DNA of 64,000 nt from Alphaproteobacteria bacterium (GCA_016757515.1 JAERIN010000005.1:3325-67324); one strand, 5' to 3'; shown: positions 8,507-18,250, counted from the stretch's first letter. Translations and numbers: made by a program. The notes: generated by a model from the sequence alone, not told the origin.

Positions 8507-9628
8507 CTACCGCAGGGCCAAAGGGGGCGCAACAGCCCGCAGCGGGGGGCGGAGGTTCCACGCGGCGCAGCGCCACTGCCTGCTGTCCCGCGTGATGATC
8601 CCAAAGGCCCCTGTGGCAAGTTTGCCCCCGGCGGCGGGGGCGAAGCGGGCGATGCCGTTTGAGGTGACGATAAGGGTCGTGCCGGTAAGTGCGTTGGCCA
8701 GACGCAGCCACCGGCGGCGGAGGTCTGCGGGGTCCACGCGCCAGCCGGGGGGCGGTAGCGCGTCCTCCTCCCACGCGGTGAGGGCTTCGCGCCCAATGCG
8801 GGCCAGGACGGCGCTTTCAGGCCTGTTCTCGTCCGGGCCGTGGTCTATCTCGGTCAGGAGGGGGTGGACGCGCAGCGGCACCCGCCACCCCGCCGCGCGC
8901 ACCGCCACCGCTGCCGTCTCTCGCGCCCGCGCGAGGGGGGAGCACAGCACGCGGATCGGCTTTGTGAGCACGATGGGCGCATCGCGCAGGTCTAGGGCGT
9001 AGTGCAGGGTCCTTGCGCCCTTTTCCTCTGTCGTGTGGGTATAGCGAAACCCGTGGGCCAGGATGAGCCGGCGGGAGCGGGCGTTGTTCTCCACATGGTC
9101 CACCACCACGCGAGTCAGGGCCGGCTGCGCCTGTGCCCAGGCGAAGCGCGCGGCGTACAGGAGGCGCGCCAGGCCCCGGCCCCGGTACGCGGGCACGAGG
9201 AAGCTGTGATAGAAGTACGCCGTCCGGCCTTTGGGGTCCTTCTTGTGGGCCTTCACGGCGGTTAGGCCCACAGGTCGCGTGCCGTCGAACAGGGCGAAAA
9301 TGGCGTTCTCGTGCAAGCGTTTTTGCCACTCCTGCGGCGGGAAGGCCGCGCTGTCCGCGTGGCTCTCGGAGAAATACTCCGGGTGCGCGACCAGGGACGC
9401 CAGGCGCAAGTCGCGGTACACCGCCCACTCCTGCGGCCCCAAGCGGCGCAGAGTCATGCCCTGCGGCAACGGCGGGAGCGTGAGCGCGCCCAGGGTCCGG
9501 CCCAGCGCCTGCGCCTGCGCCCGGCCTTTTGCAACCAGGGGCAGGTCTGTGCGTCCCCCCACGCGCCGGGGCTCCGCGCCGGGCGCAAAGGTGTTGCCGT
9601 GCCGCGCGATGATGAGGGTCGTGATCAC
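8507..9628 (-). CDS. Histidine-phosphatase-fold protein with a GNAT acetyltransferase domain nested inside it
   Basis: RHG motif (IIARHGNT) and GRTDLPL..G..QA at residues 1-50. GNAT-like region at about residues 58-212 (YRGRGLARLLY, NARSRRLILAHGF). The phosphatase fold then resumes (VLCSPLARARETA...LIVTSNGIARF). Confidence 0.7.
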   Translation of the reverse strand: MITTLIIARHGNTFAPGAEPRRVGGRTDLPLVAKGRAQAQALGRTLGALTLPPLPQGMTLRRLGPQEWAVYRDLRLASLVAHPEYFSESHADSAAFPPQEWQKRLHENAIFALFDGTRPVGLTAVKAHKKDPKGRTAYFYHSFLVPAYRGRGLARLLYAARFAWAQAQPALTRVVVDHVENNARSRRLILAHGFRYTHTTEEKGARTLHYALDLRDAPIVLTKPIRVLCSPLARARETAAVAVRAAGWRVPLRVHPLLTEIDHGPDENRPESAVLARIGREALTAWEEDALPPPGWRVDPADLRRRWLRLANALTGTTLIVTSNGIARFAPAAGGKLATGAFGIITRDSRQWRCAAWNLRPPLRAVAPPLALR

Positions 9629-9630
9629 GG

Positions 9631-10233
9631 CTACATCCCCTTCTTCATGCCCATCAGCTGGGCAGCCTGGGCTTTGGGCGCCTTGCGCCCCACGCGGCCC
9701 CGGCGGCCCCCACCGAAGAAGTCGTCGTCCTGGAGCTCCTCTTCTATCAGGCGGTCAAAATCCGGGATCTCCTCCTTCAAAAGGGCCTGCACGCACGCGC
9801 GGAAGAAGGCGCAGCCCTTTTCGTCCCATTCTCCGAACGCGTTTGTGTAGTCCTTGGCCCTCACAAAAAGCCTTTTTACCTCCCACTCCCCGTCGGCGGG
9901 CGACGGCGCGGCGCGCAGTATATACACCTGCTCCGGCACGCCTGGCGGTGTGGGGGGAACGCCACCACCGCCCTGGCCGCCATCTCCACCGTCGTCATCA
10001 TCATCATCGCCGCGCTGGGAGCGGCGTATGGGTGGCGGCTCGGGCGGCGCGTCTTCATCCCGCACCAGCTGTATCTCTGCCTCCACATCCTCCAGCCCCG
10101 GCCCGCCGCGGACCTCCGCGCTGCAGGTCAGGCCCCGCTCCGCGTCGTAGTGCGCCCAGGGTTGGGTCTCGTACGGATGGAGGGTCCGCCCGACGGCCAG
10201 CTTGTCGCACAGGGCTTTAAGGGAGAGGCGCAT
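9631..10233 (-). CDS. Hypothetical protein with a poly-Asp/Gly low-complexity insert
   Basis: Start trimmed to MRLSLKALCDKL (ATG 10231-10233). Contains DDDDDDGGDGGQGGGG. Its stop lies 2 nt from the downstream gene start. Family not recognised. Confidence 0.55.
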   Translation of the reverse strand: MRLSLKALCDKLAVGRTLHPYETQPWAHYDAERGLTCSAEVRGGPGLEDVEAEIQLVRDEDAPPEPPPIRRSQRGDDDDDDGGDGGQGGGGVPPTPPGVPEQVYILRAAPSPADGEWEVKRLFVRAKDYTNAFGEWDEKGCAFFRACVQALLKEEIPDFDRLIEEELQDDDFFGGGRRGRVGRKAPKAQAAQLMGMKKGM

Positions 10234-10349
10234 GTGAGAACTATCCACAAATCTGACGCGATTTTGCCGCGCGGAGGGTTGTAGTCTACCCCACACTGCC
10301 TGGCCGTGTTAAACATTTATTTGCCTTTTCCGTGGTATAAAGAAATTAT

Positions 10350-11423
10350 ATGACAACGAAAACCCCCATCCTACTGGCGCTCGCTTGTGCGGCCCTTTTG
10401 GTGCCGTGCTTTTTGTTTCCTGCCTGGGCGGCGAACGGGGCTGCGGCCTTGGGCCCCGCGACGCTCCGCACGTCGGACGGCTCCGTTCTGGTCTTGTGGG
10501 GGGTCAAGCCTCCCCCTAGCCTCGGGGCGAAGGAGTACGGCCGGGGTCAGGACGCCTTGGGGTCCCTTCTGGCCAGGGGCGGGGTCTCGTGCGATGTGCA
10601 GCCAAACAACGCAGGATACTGCAAAAACGCGGACAACATAGATTTGGCTCTGGCCATGATCCAGGCCGGGTACCTTGTTGTGGACCGGACTGTGGTCCGC
10701 GGCACGAACTTGGCCGGCCCCTATCTGCGGGCCGAGGCGGCTGCGCAGACGATGGAGTCCGGGCTTTGGGGGCAGACCACCACCACCAGCCCCCCACAAA
10801 GGGAGGCCAGCGACCTTCCTGGGCACCTCTTGTCTGTGCTTCTGGCCCTGTTGGCCTTTGTCCCGGTCTACGTTCTGATGTCCAGGCGCCTCACGCGCTT
10901 GGATGCGGCGATGCGAGAGACAAGCCGCCTCTTGGTCCGCAAGGCAGAGGTAGAGCGGCAGGAGCGCGGCATCCTCGCGGCGATGCTGGAGGCAGAGTTG
11001 CGGGCTAACAAGACCAAGATAGACGCGTTCCTGATCATCTATGAGGAGCAACTGGAAAGACTCCGCGCGTCGGAAGGGTCGGGCGTTTCGCACGGGCGGC
11101 GCGCGGGGGACGTCATTCACAAGCGCCCCGCGCTGCAAAGGACGGTTTTTGATCGAGTCCGCTTGCGCTTGGTCCTTTTGGGCCCGGACCTTGCCCGCGC
11201 CCTGCGGTCTTTGTACGCAGGGGTGGAGGTGGAAACAGAGTATATAGACATCTCCCCCACAACCCCTGCGGCTGAGGTGTCCCAGGCTCTGGAGTCTGCC
11301 CTGGGGCACTGCCGCGCCCTGGACACGCAGATACAAAAGGTCCTGCCCCAGCTTGAAAGGATCGCCGCCGCTGCGCCGCCGCCGGTGGAGCCGCCGCCGG
11401 AAGCGGAGGAGGCGGGGGTGTGA
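10350..11423 (+). CDS. Membrane protein: signal peptide, SNase (thermonuclease)-like periplasmic domain, TM helix, cytoplasmic helical domain
   Basis: SDGSVLVLWGVKPPP...DLALAMIQAGYLVV...AQTMESGLWG resembles the SNase fold but lacks the DGDT and RLxGIDAPE catalytic motifs. TM helix: LLSVLLALLAFVPVYVLM. Confidence 0.5.
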   Translation: MTTKTPILLALACAALLVPCFLFPAWAANGAAALGPATLRTSDGSVLVLWGVKPPPSLGAKEYGRGQDALGSLLARGGVSCDVQPNNAGYCKNADNIDLALAMIQAGYLVVDRTVVRGTNLAGPYLRAEAAAQTMESGLWGQTTTTSPPQREASDLPGHLLSVLLALLAFVPVYVLMSRRLTRLDAAMRETSRLLVRKAEVERQERGILAAMLEAELRANKTKIDAFLIIYEEQLERLRASEGSGVSHGRRAGDVIHKRPALQRTVFDRVRLRLVLLGPDLARALRSLYAGVEVETEYIDISPTTPAAEVSQALESALGHCRALDTQIQKVLPQLERIAAAAPPPVEPPPEAEEAGV

Positions 11424-11458
11424 GGCTGCGCCCCTGACTCTTGTGGTAGTCTGCACCC

Positions 11459-12799
11459 ATGCTTTTCTCCCGCCGCGCACCGCTGGGCCTGACCGCCCTT
11501 TTGCCCCAGAGCCTCTTAGGCCGCTCCCTGCTCATTCTGACGGCCCCCATCGTCCTCATCCAAGTGGTCACTATGGCCGTGTTCATGGACCGCCACTGGG
11601 ACGAGGTGACAGGCCGCCTGGCCGAGGGCGTCTCGGGGGAGATTGCCTGGGTCGCCGACGCCGTGGAGGACGGGGCCACCCCGGCCTACCTTTTTGCCCG
11701 CGCCCGGCGGGACTTTGACTTCACCTGCACGCTGAGAACGAAGGGCACGATAGGGGGTGCCCTGCCAGACCCGCCCCGGTGGTTCTGGGAGGCCGCCGTG
11801 CACAAAAAGGTCCAAAGCGCCCTCCAAGCCGCGCTGCCAGACCGCAAGGCCTTGGTCTCTGTGGACCTGAAGACCAAGACTCTGGAGGTGTGGGTGGCGC
11901 TGCGCACCGGGGGCGTCTTGTATGTCACCGCTCCCACGCGCCGAGTCTTTTCCCCGTCCGCCTATATTTTTCTCATATGGGCCGCAGGGAGCGCCTTGAC
12001 CCTTGGCCTGGTCGCGGTCTTGTTCATGCGGGGCCAGGTCCGCCCCATCCGCCGCCTGGCCGTGGCCGCAGAGCGCCTGGGCCGCGGGCAGCCCGTCCCG
12101 CCCTTTACCTCTTCCGGAGCGACGGAGGTCCGGCAGGCCACAGCGGCCTTCTTTGACATGCAGCGGCGCATCCGGCGGCACGTAGAACAGCGCACCGCGA
12201 TGCTCGCCGGGGTGTCGCACGATCTGGGCACTGTCTTGACGCGCCTAAAGCTGGGCCTTGCCGTTTTGCCAGAGAGCGCGGACGCCATGGCCCTGAAGGC
12301 CGACGTGGCAGAGATGGAACGGATGCTGGGGGCGTATCTGGACTTCGCCCGTGGGGCGGGGGAGGAGGCCTTTGTGCGGACAGACGTGGGGACCCTGCTC
12401 CGGGACCTGGCCGCGCGGGCAGGCGTGCCAGTGGATGTGCGGGTTGAGGGGGAGGTGTCGGCCCGCGTGCGGCCCGTGGCCATGGGCCGGGCTATCAGCA
12501 ACCTCCTGGCCAACGCGGCCCGGCACGGAGGGCGCATCTGGGCCTCTGTGCTGCGGGATGGGGGGCACGTGGAGGTCCGTGTGGAGGACGACGGCCCCGG
12601 CGTGCCCGAAGACCAGAGGGAAGAGGCCTTTACCCCCTTCACGCGCCTGGCCCCGGGGCGGAGCCTTGCTGAGGGCGCGGGCGTGGGCCTGGGCCTGGCC
12701 ATTGTCCGTGACGTCGCCCACGCCCACGGGGGCAAGGTCTGGCTGGAGGCCAGCCGAGCCCACGGCGGGGTGTGTGCCGTCTTGCGCCTGCCCGTGTAG
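11459..12799 (+). CDS. Sensor histidine kinase (two TM helices, HAMP, HisKA, HATPase)
   Basis: H-box AGVSHDLGTVLTRLKL. N-box LLANAARHG. G-boxes DDGPGVP and GVGLGLAIV. No adjacent response regulator. Confidence 0.88.
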   Translation: MLFSRRAPLGLTALLPQSLLGRSLLILTAPIVLIQVVTMAVFMDRHWDEVTGRLAEGVSGEIAWVADAVEDGATPAYLFARARRDFDFTCTLRTKGTIGGALPDPPRWFWEAAVHKKVQSALQAALPDRKALVSVDLKTKTLEVWVALRTGGVLYVTAPTRRVFSPSAYIFLIWAAGSALTLGLVAVLFMRGQVRPIRRLAVAAERLGRGQPVPPFTSSGATEVRQATAAFFDMQRRIRRHVEQRTAMLAGVSHDLGTVLTRLKLGLAVLPESADAMALKADVAEMERMLGAYLDFARGAGEEAFVRTDVGTLLRDLAARAGVPVDVRVEGEVSARVRPVAMGRAISNLLANAARHGGRIWASVLRDGGHVEVRVEDDGPGVPEDQREEAFTPFTRLAPGRSLAEGAGVGLGLAIVRDVAHAHGGKVWLEASRAHGGVCAVLRLPV

Positions 12800-12818
12800 C
12801 GCCCCTGCTGGGCCGTGG

Positions 12819-13601
12819 CTATGTATACGGCGGCTTTGTCCAGCCCTTCGGGGAGAGGGTGAAAATCTCCAACCCGTCCTCCGTCACGCCCAGGGAGTGC
12901 TCAAACTGCGCGGACAGGCTCCGGTCCCGCGTGACAGCGGTCCACCCGTCGGCCAGGATCTTCGTGGGCCACTTTCCGGCGTTGATCATGGGCTCAATCG
13001 TAAAGAACATGCCCGGCTTTATCTCCTCCCCCGCCGGCCCGGCGTAGTGCGCCACCTGCGGCGGGGCGTGGAACACCCGGCCCAGGCCGTGGCCGCAAAA
13101 GTCTCGCACGACAGAAAAGCGCTCCGCGTCGGCGACCTCTTGTATCGCCGCGCCGATGTCCCCCACGCGCCCGCCAGGGCGGACGGCGGCGATGCCGGCC
13201 ATCATGCAGCGGTAGGTCGCGTCCACCAGGCGGCGGGCCAGGACAGGGACCTTGTCGCCCACACAGAACATGCGGGAGGTGTCCCCGTGCCAGCCGTCCA
13301 GGATCACCGTGACGTCTATGTTGATAATGTCCCCCCCCCGCAGGCGCTTTTGGTCCGGGATGCCGTGGCACACCACGTGGTTCACAGAAGTGCAGATGGA
13401 CTTCGGGAAGCCGCGATAGTGCAGAGGCGCGGGGCGCGCGCCGTGCTGCACGATAAAGTCGTGGCACAGGCGGTCCAGCTGCTCCGTCGTCACGCCAGGC
13501 TGCACATGGGGCGTTATCATGTCCAGGGTTTCCGCCGCGAGGCGCCCCGCCGCGCGCATACCCGCGAAGTCCTGGGGCCCGTGGATGGTGATGGCGGTCA
13601 T
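12819..13601 (-). CDS. map: Type I methionine aminopeptidase
   Basis: SVNHVVCHGIP...GDIINIDVT...GHGLGRVFH...FTIEPM...QFEHSL. Start trimmed to MTAITIHG. Confidence 0.93.
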   Translation of the reverse strand: MTAITIHGPQDFAGMRAAGRLAAETLDMITPHVQPGVTTEQLDRLCHDFIVQHGARPAPLHYRGFPKSICTSVNHVVCHGIPDQKRLRGGDIINIDVTVILDGWHGDTSRMFCVGDKVPVLARRLVDATYRCMMAGIAAVRPGGRVGDIGAAIQEVADAERFSVVRDFCGHGLGRVFHAPPQVAHYAGPAGEEIKPGMFFTIEPMINAGKWPTKILADGWTAVTRDRSLSAQFEHSLGVTEDGLEIFTLSPKGWTKPPYT

Positions 13602-13606
13602 GGGGG

Positions 13607-14518
13607 CTATGATGACCTTAGTGCGGGGCCTTTGGCCACCCCCACGCGCGCGATTTCCCACCTGAGCGTGAGGCCGAAGGCGTCCAGTGCCCGGCGGCGG
13701 ATTTCCTCGCCCAGGGCCTCCAGGTCCGTGGCTGTGGCGGTGCCGGTGTTGACCATGAAGTTGCAGTGCTGCTCGGACATTTTTGCGCCGCCGATGGCCA
13801 GGCCCCGGCCCCCCACGCGCGCCACCACCTGCCAGGCCTTCGTGCCCTCCGGGAAGCCCGCTTGTGCGCAGTCTTCCGGGGACGGGTTGGCAAAGGTAGA
13901 GCCCCCCGTGCGCTCTCGTATGGGCTGTGTTTCCAGGCGCTTGCGCTTTATGGACTCCATCTCGGCCCAGATGGCTGCGGGTGGGCGCGCCTGGCCACGC
14001 AACAGGGCCCCGGTGAAGATCAGGCCGGGTGGCGGGGCGGAGGCGCGGTAGGCAAACCGCATGTCTGCGGGCGTGAGGGTGACGGCGCGGCCCTGCGTGT
14101 CAAGGGCATAGACCGCCTGCACGACGTCGGCCATCTCGCCGCCATAGGCCCCCGCGTTCATGGCGAGAGCCCCGCCTATGGTGCCCGGGATGCCCGAGAG
14201 GAAGGCCAGACCGCCGATGCCGGCCTTGGCCGCCGCCGCCGCGATGGTCCCATTCAAGGCGCCCGCGCCTGCACGTATCTGACACGTGTCAATATGTGTC
14301 ACATCCGCAAAGCCGGGGCCCAGGCGGATGGTGACGCCCGGCACGCCGCCGTCGCGGATGATGGTGTTCGCCATGGCACCCAGGATGGTCACGGGTGCCG
14401 CGTTTTGGGTCAAAAACGCCTCCAGCGCCGCGTCATCCGGGGGCAGGAACAGCCTCTGTGCCGTCCCGCCGCAGCGGAACCACGACGCAGCGCCCAGGGG
14501 GGCCTTAGTGCGCCACAC
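13607..14518 (-). CDS. murB: UDP-N-acetylenolpyruvoylglucosamine reductase
   Basis: WFRCGGTAQRLFLPPD...GAMANTIIRDGG...GIPGTIGGALAMNAGAYG...STFANP. The start is uncertain: GTG at 14518 was chosen and GTG at 14563 is the alternative. The track ORF extends further, into murC. Confidence 0.85.
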   Translation of the reverse strand: MWRTKAPLGAASWFRCGGTAQRLFLPPDDAALEAFLTQNAAPVTILGAMANTIIRDGGVPGVTIRLGPGFADVTHIDTCQIRAGAGALNGTIAAAAAKAGIGGLAFLSGIPGTIGGALAMNAGAYGGEMADVVQAVYALDTQGRAVTLTPADMRFAYRASAPPPGLIFTGALLRGQARPPAAIWAEMESIKRKRLETQPIRERTGGSTFANPSPEDCAQAGFPEGTKAWQVVARVGGRGLAIGGAKMSEQHCNFMVNTGTATATDLEALGEEIRRRALDAFGLTLRWEIARVGVAKGPALRSS

Positions 14519-15932
14519 GCGCCAACGCCTCCGGCAACGCGGCGGCCCAGGCGGTGCAGTCACCCGCGCCCATGACGACGACCATATCCCCAGGGTCGGC
14601 GGCCTCGGCAATGACGGGGGCCAGGGCCCGGGCTCCGCCCTCCACGGCGCGGACATTCGGGTGGCCCGTGGCCTTGATCCCGGCGACCAGGGCCTCTCGG
14701 TCCATGCCGTCTATGGGTGCCTCGCTGGCCGCGTAGACCGGGGCGACCAAAACGGCGTCGGCCTGCCCAAAGCAGGCGCAGAAGGCCGGGAAGTTGTCTC
14801 TAAGGCGGGTGTAGCGGTGCGGCTGCACCACGGCAACGACACGCCCACGCTGTGCCCCTGGCCCGCTCTGGCCCACCGCCATGCGCGCGGTGGCCAGTGT
14901 CGCCGCGATCTCCACGGGGTGGTGGGCGTAGTCATCCACGACCCGGACTCCCCGGTGCTCGCCCGTTATCGTAAAACGCCGCTTCACCCCTGAAAAACTG
15001 AACAGCCCGTCTCGTATCGCTTTTTCGCTGACACCTTCCTGATGCGCTACGACCACGGCGGCCAGGGCGTTTTGCACGTTGTGCCGCCCGGGCATGGACA
15101 GACGCATATCGCGCCACACCGTTCCGTTTTGAAACTGCACGTCAAACACACTTGCATCTGCGCCCAAGCGGACGTTCTGCCCCACTGTTTCGGCTCGAGA
15201 ATCAAGAGCATAAGTGAATACGCGCCGGTCCGTAACCTCTGCTGCCAGGGCGCGGACCTGCGGGTGGTCCGCGCACAACACGGCGTATCCGTAAAAGGGC
15301 ACAGCCTCCACAAAGGCCCGGAACGCCGCCCGCAGGCGGGCAAAATCACCCCCATAGTACTCCAAATGCTCCGGGTCCATGTTTGTCACCACCGCCACGC
15401 GCGCGGGCAGACGGGTGAAGCTCCCATCACTTTCGTCGCTCTCCACTACCATCCACTCCCCCGCGCCCAGGCGCGCGTTGGTGCCATACGCGTTCACGAT
15501 GCCCCCGTTCACGACCGTTGGGTCCAGGCCGCCGGCGGCCAGCAGGTGCGCGGTCAGGGCCGTGGTGGTGGTCTTGCCGTGGGTGCCGCCCACGACAACG
15601 GTTTTTTTGTGGCGCATGAGTTCGGCCAGCATGTCTGCCCGGCGCACCACGGGCACGCGGGCCGCGCGGGCGGCGCGCAGCTCTGGGTTGTTGGGCTTTA
15701 TGGCCGAGGACACGACCACAGCGGCGGGCGGGGCGTGCGCCGAGTCTCGGATCTGCTCCGCCGCATGACCCACAAAGGTGCGTATGCCGGCCTCGGCCAG
15801 AAGGTGGGGCGCGGGGGCAAGGTCAGAGCCCTGCACGCGCCAGCCCAGTGCGCGCAGCATCAGGGCAATGCCGCTCATGCCGATGCCGCCGATGCCCACG
15901 AAGTGCAAGAAATCTGTCTTTTCAGGTATCAA
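14505..15932 (-). CDS. murC: UDP-N-acetylmuramate--L-alanine ligase
   Basis: HFVGIGGIGMSGIALMLRALGWRVQGSD...GGTHGKTTTTAL...DDYAHHP. Confidence 0.95.
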   Translation of the reverse strand: MIPEKTDFLHFVGIGGIGMSGIALMLRALGWRVQGSDLAPAPHLLAEAGIRTFVGHAAEQIRDSAHAPPAAVVVSSAIKPNNPELRAARAARVPVVRRADMLAELMRHKKTVVVGGTHGKTTTTALTAHLLAAGGLDPTVVNGGIVNAYGTNARLGAGEWMVVESDESDGSFTRLPARVAVVTNMDPEHLEYYGGDFARLRAAFRAFVEAVPFYGYAVLCADHPQVRALAAEVTDRRVFTYALDSRAETVGQNVRLGADASVFDVQFQNGTVWRDMRLSMPGRHNVQNALAAVVVAHQEGVSEKAIRDGLFSFSGVKRRFTITGEHRGVRVVDDYAHHPVEIAATLATARMAVGQSGPGAQRGRVVAVVQPHRYTRLRDNFPAFCACFGQADAVLVAPVYAASEAPIDGMDREALVAGIKATGHPNVRAVEGGARALAPVIAEAADPGDMVVVMGAGDCTAWAAALPEALARVAH

Positions 15933-16747
15933 GGATGGAATCTCCCGTCCACAAACGCCACAGTGTCTTGTGCAAAGCCGTGGTCTTGTAAGTCCAGGTG
16001 CCCCGCCTCAGCGTAAGCGCCCAGGGCCTTGGGTTCCACGGCAGCGGCATAGAGCGCGCGGCCAAAGCGGGGGGGGATGATGGTGTCCTTGCCGCCCACG
16101 CCGATGAACACGGGCGCGTCCACCTGCGCAATCTTCAGGTCGTTGCGGTAGTGGTCGTGGAACATGAGTTCCAGGAAGGGCACAAGCGGAAAGCGCCACC
16201 GCGCCACAGCCAGGGCGCTGTCAAAGGGCGCGTCCAGGATGAGGGCACGCACCCCTGGGTGCTCTAGGGCCATCTGCGTGGCAACGCCGCTGCCCAGGCT
16301 CTCCCCATACAGAACGATACGGCCCGTATCTCTGTTAACCTCTTGAATCACAAAGGCCATATAGGCCCGCCCGTCGCGGTACAGGCCCTCTTCATAGGGC
16401 AGGCCGGGGTTGCCGCCATAGCCCCGGTACTCGGCCAGGAGGACCCCCCACCCGGCCTCCAGATACGCGGGGACTTTTGCGGCGCGCGGGCCGATGTGGA
16501 TCGCGTTGCCGTGAAACAGCAGCACAACGGGCCTGCTGTCATCCGCAGGGGGGATCCACCACCCGTGGAGCCTCAGGCCGTCGCTTGTGGTGACGCTGAT
16601 CCACCGCCCGGGCAGGGCGGCCGCCATGTCTGGGCGCTCCGTGCTGGGGAAATACAAAAGGGAGCGCTGCCCCAAGTACAAAAGACCCACCAGGCCAAGG
16701 TATACCGCCGCCCCCAGAAGCGCAATCTCCATGGCCAGCCTCTTCAT
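15929..16747 (-). CDS. Alpha/beta hydrolase (membrane-anchored, BEM46-like)
   Basis: N-terminal TM helix. HGN...YRGYGGNPG...GESLGSG nucleophile elbow. ATGA overlap with the murC start. Confidence 0.75.
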   Translation of the reverse strand: MKRLAMEIALLGAAVYLGLVGLLYLGQRSLLYFPSTERPDMAAALPGRWISVTTSDGLRLHGWWIPPADDSRPVVLLFHGNAIHIGPRAAKVPAYLEAGWGVLLAEYRGYGGNPGLPYEEGLYRDGRAYMAFVIQEVNRDTGRIVLYGESLGSGVATQMALEHPGVRALILDAPFDSALAVARWRFPLVPFLELMFHDHYRNDLKIAQVDAPVFIGVGGKDTIIPPRFGRALYAAAVEPKALGAYAEAGHLDLQDHGFAQDTVAFVDGRFHP

Positions 16748-16784
16748 CGCAGCAAGCCCCGGCGATCAGGGTTTGGCCCCACCC

Positions 16785-17339
16785 TCATCGCACACACTCA
16801 ATCCAGTATCGCCGCCGGGCGGGGAAGCGCTCCGTGGCGTCGGTTTCGTCTGCAAACACCCCGCCGCAGTCCTCTATAACATGTATGCCCGCCGCGTTGC
16901 CAGGCCGGACGGTCAGCAGCGCGCGCTCCACACCCAGGGCCGCCGCAGCGGGCAGGGCCTTGCGCAAGAGCTTTTTGCCAAAGCCCTTGCCGCGCCAAGA
17001 GGGGCGGATGGCAAAGTTCATATGCCCCCCCCAGCGCTCTAGGTGCCAGTTGAGGCGGTGGCGGATGTGCAGGGTGCCGATAAAGTCCTCGTCTTTCACA
17101 AGCCACAACAGCGTCTCTGGCACGGGCTCCAGCCAGTCTGGCGCAGGATGGTGCAAAAGGCGCGCCCCGGCGTTCAGGCGGTCCACAAAGCCCTTGAAAT
17201 CCTTAGACGTCTCCGCGACGTCCACAAAGTCATACAGGCTCTCCGCCCGGAACTCAGCCAGCGCGGCCAGGAAGCTGTCTTTATAGTCCAACGCAGGGCG
17301 GGCAAGTTTTGAGGCCGACATGGGGCCCCTATACACCAT
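16785..17339 (-). CDS. GNAT family N-acetyltransferase
   Basis: FAIRPSWRGKGFGKKLLRKALPAAAALGVERALLTV. Alternative start at MSASKL (17321). Confidence 0.75.
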   Translation of the reverse strand: MVYRGPMSASKLARPALDYKDSFLAALAEFRAESLYDFVDVAETSKDFKGFVDRLNAGARLLHHPAPDWLEPVPETLLWLVKDEDFIGTLHIRHRLNWHLERWGGHMNFAIRPSWRGKGFGKKLLRKALPAAAALGVERALLTVRPGNAAGIHVIEDCGGVFADETDATERFPARRRYWIECVR

Positions 17340-17389
17340 GCGCTAAGCCCCTGGCCAGGGGGGTCCGGGCGCTGCTAACATACATGGCT

Positions 17390-18250
17390 ATGAACTGGCT
17401 CACAGACTTTATCCGCCCACGGATACGCTCCTTCGTCGCGCCGAAAGATGTGCCGGGGGACCTGTGGAGCAAGTGCCCGGCGTGCGAGGGGATGCTCTTC
17501 GCGCCGGACTTGAAGACCAGCCACAACGTTTGCACGCACTGCGGCCACCACCTGCGCATGCCGGTTAAGGACCGGCTGGCCCTGCTCTTTGACGGGCGGT
17601 GCTACAAGACCATCGCGCCGCCCAGCGTGCCGGATGACCCTTTGCGCTTCCGGGACCGGCGGCGGTACACGGAGCGCCTGCGCGAGGCGCGGGCCGCAAC
17701 GGGCCTGCGAGACGCCATCACCATCGCCCACGGGACCATCGGGGGGCGCGGAGTCGTCGCGGCGGCGTTTCACTTCAGCTTCATGGGCGGGTCCATGGGC
17801 GTGGCCGTGGGCCAGGGGTTCTTGAAGGCAGCGCGGGAGGCTGTGGCCCGGCGCGCGGCGCTGCTGGCCATCCCCTGCTCTGGCGGGGCGCGCATGCAAG
17901 AGGGGGCCCTGTCCCTGATGCAGATGCCCCGGACGGTTCTGGCCGTGGAGGAGGTCCGTGCGGCGGGCCTGCCCTATATTGTGCTGTTGACCGACCCCAC
18001 GACGGGGGGCGTCACAGCGTCCTTCGCCATGCTGGGGGACATACACATCGCGGAGCCGGGGGCCATGATTGGCTTTGCGGGGCAGAGGGTGATCGCCGAG
18101 ACCATCCGGGAAACGCTGCCCCCGGGGTTCCAAACGGCGGAGTATCTGCGCGAAAACGGCATGGTGGACATGGTCGTGCCGCGCAAGGAGATGGCGGCGA
18201 TGCTGGGCCGCGTTCTTGGCCTTGTGATGCCTGATGCTGAGGCGGCGTGA
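17390..18250 (+). CDS. accD: Acetyl-CoA carboxylase carboxyltransferase beta subunit
   Basis: MNWLTDFIRPRI. Zinc ribbon CPACEGMLF...CTHCGHH. FSFMGGSMG. Alternative start at 17384. Confidence 0.93.
   Translation: MNWLTDFIRPRIRSFVAPKDVPGDLWSKCPACEGMLFAPDLKTSHNVCTHCGHHLRMPVKDRLALLFDGRCYKTIAPPSVPDDPLRFRDRRRYTERLREARAATGLRDAITIAHGTIGGRGVVAAAFHFSFMGGSMGVAVGQGFLKAAREAVARRAALLAIPCSGGARMQEGALSLMQMPRTVLAVEEVRAAGLPYIVLLTDPTTGGVTASFAMLGDIHIAEPGAMIGFAGQRVIAETIRETLPPGFQTAEYLRENGMVDMVVPRKEMAAMLGRVLGLVMPDAEAA

Noticed and set aside
10241-10249. DnaA-box-like CTATCCACA, as a hint of a replication origin
   Set aside because: It is a single 8-of-9 match with no cluster of boxes, no AT-rich unwinding region and no origin-type synteny.
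12351-14051. 566-aa plus-strand ORF
   Set aside because: It runs out of frame through the 3' end of the kinase gene and is antisense to map and murB.
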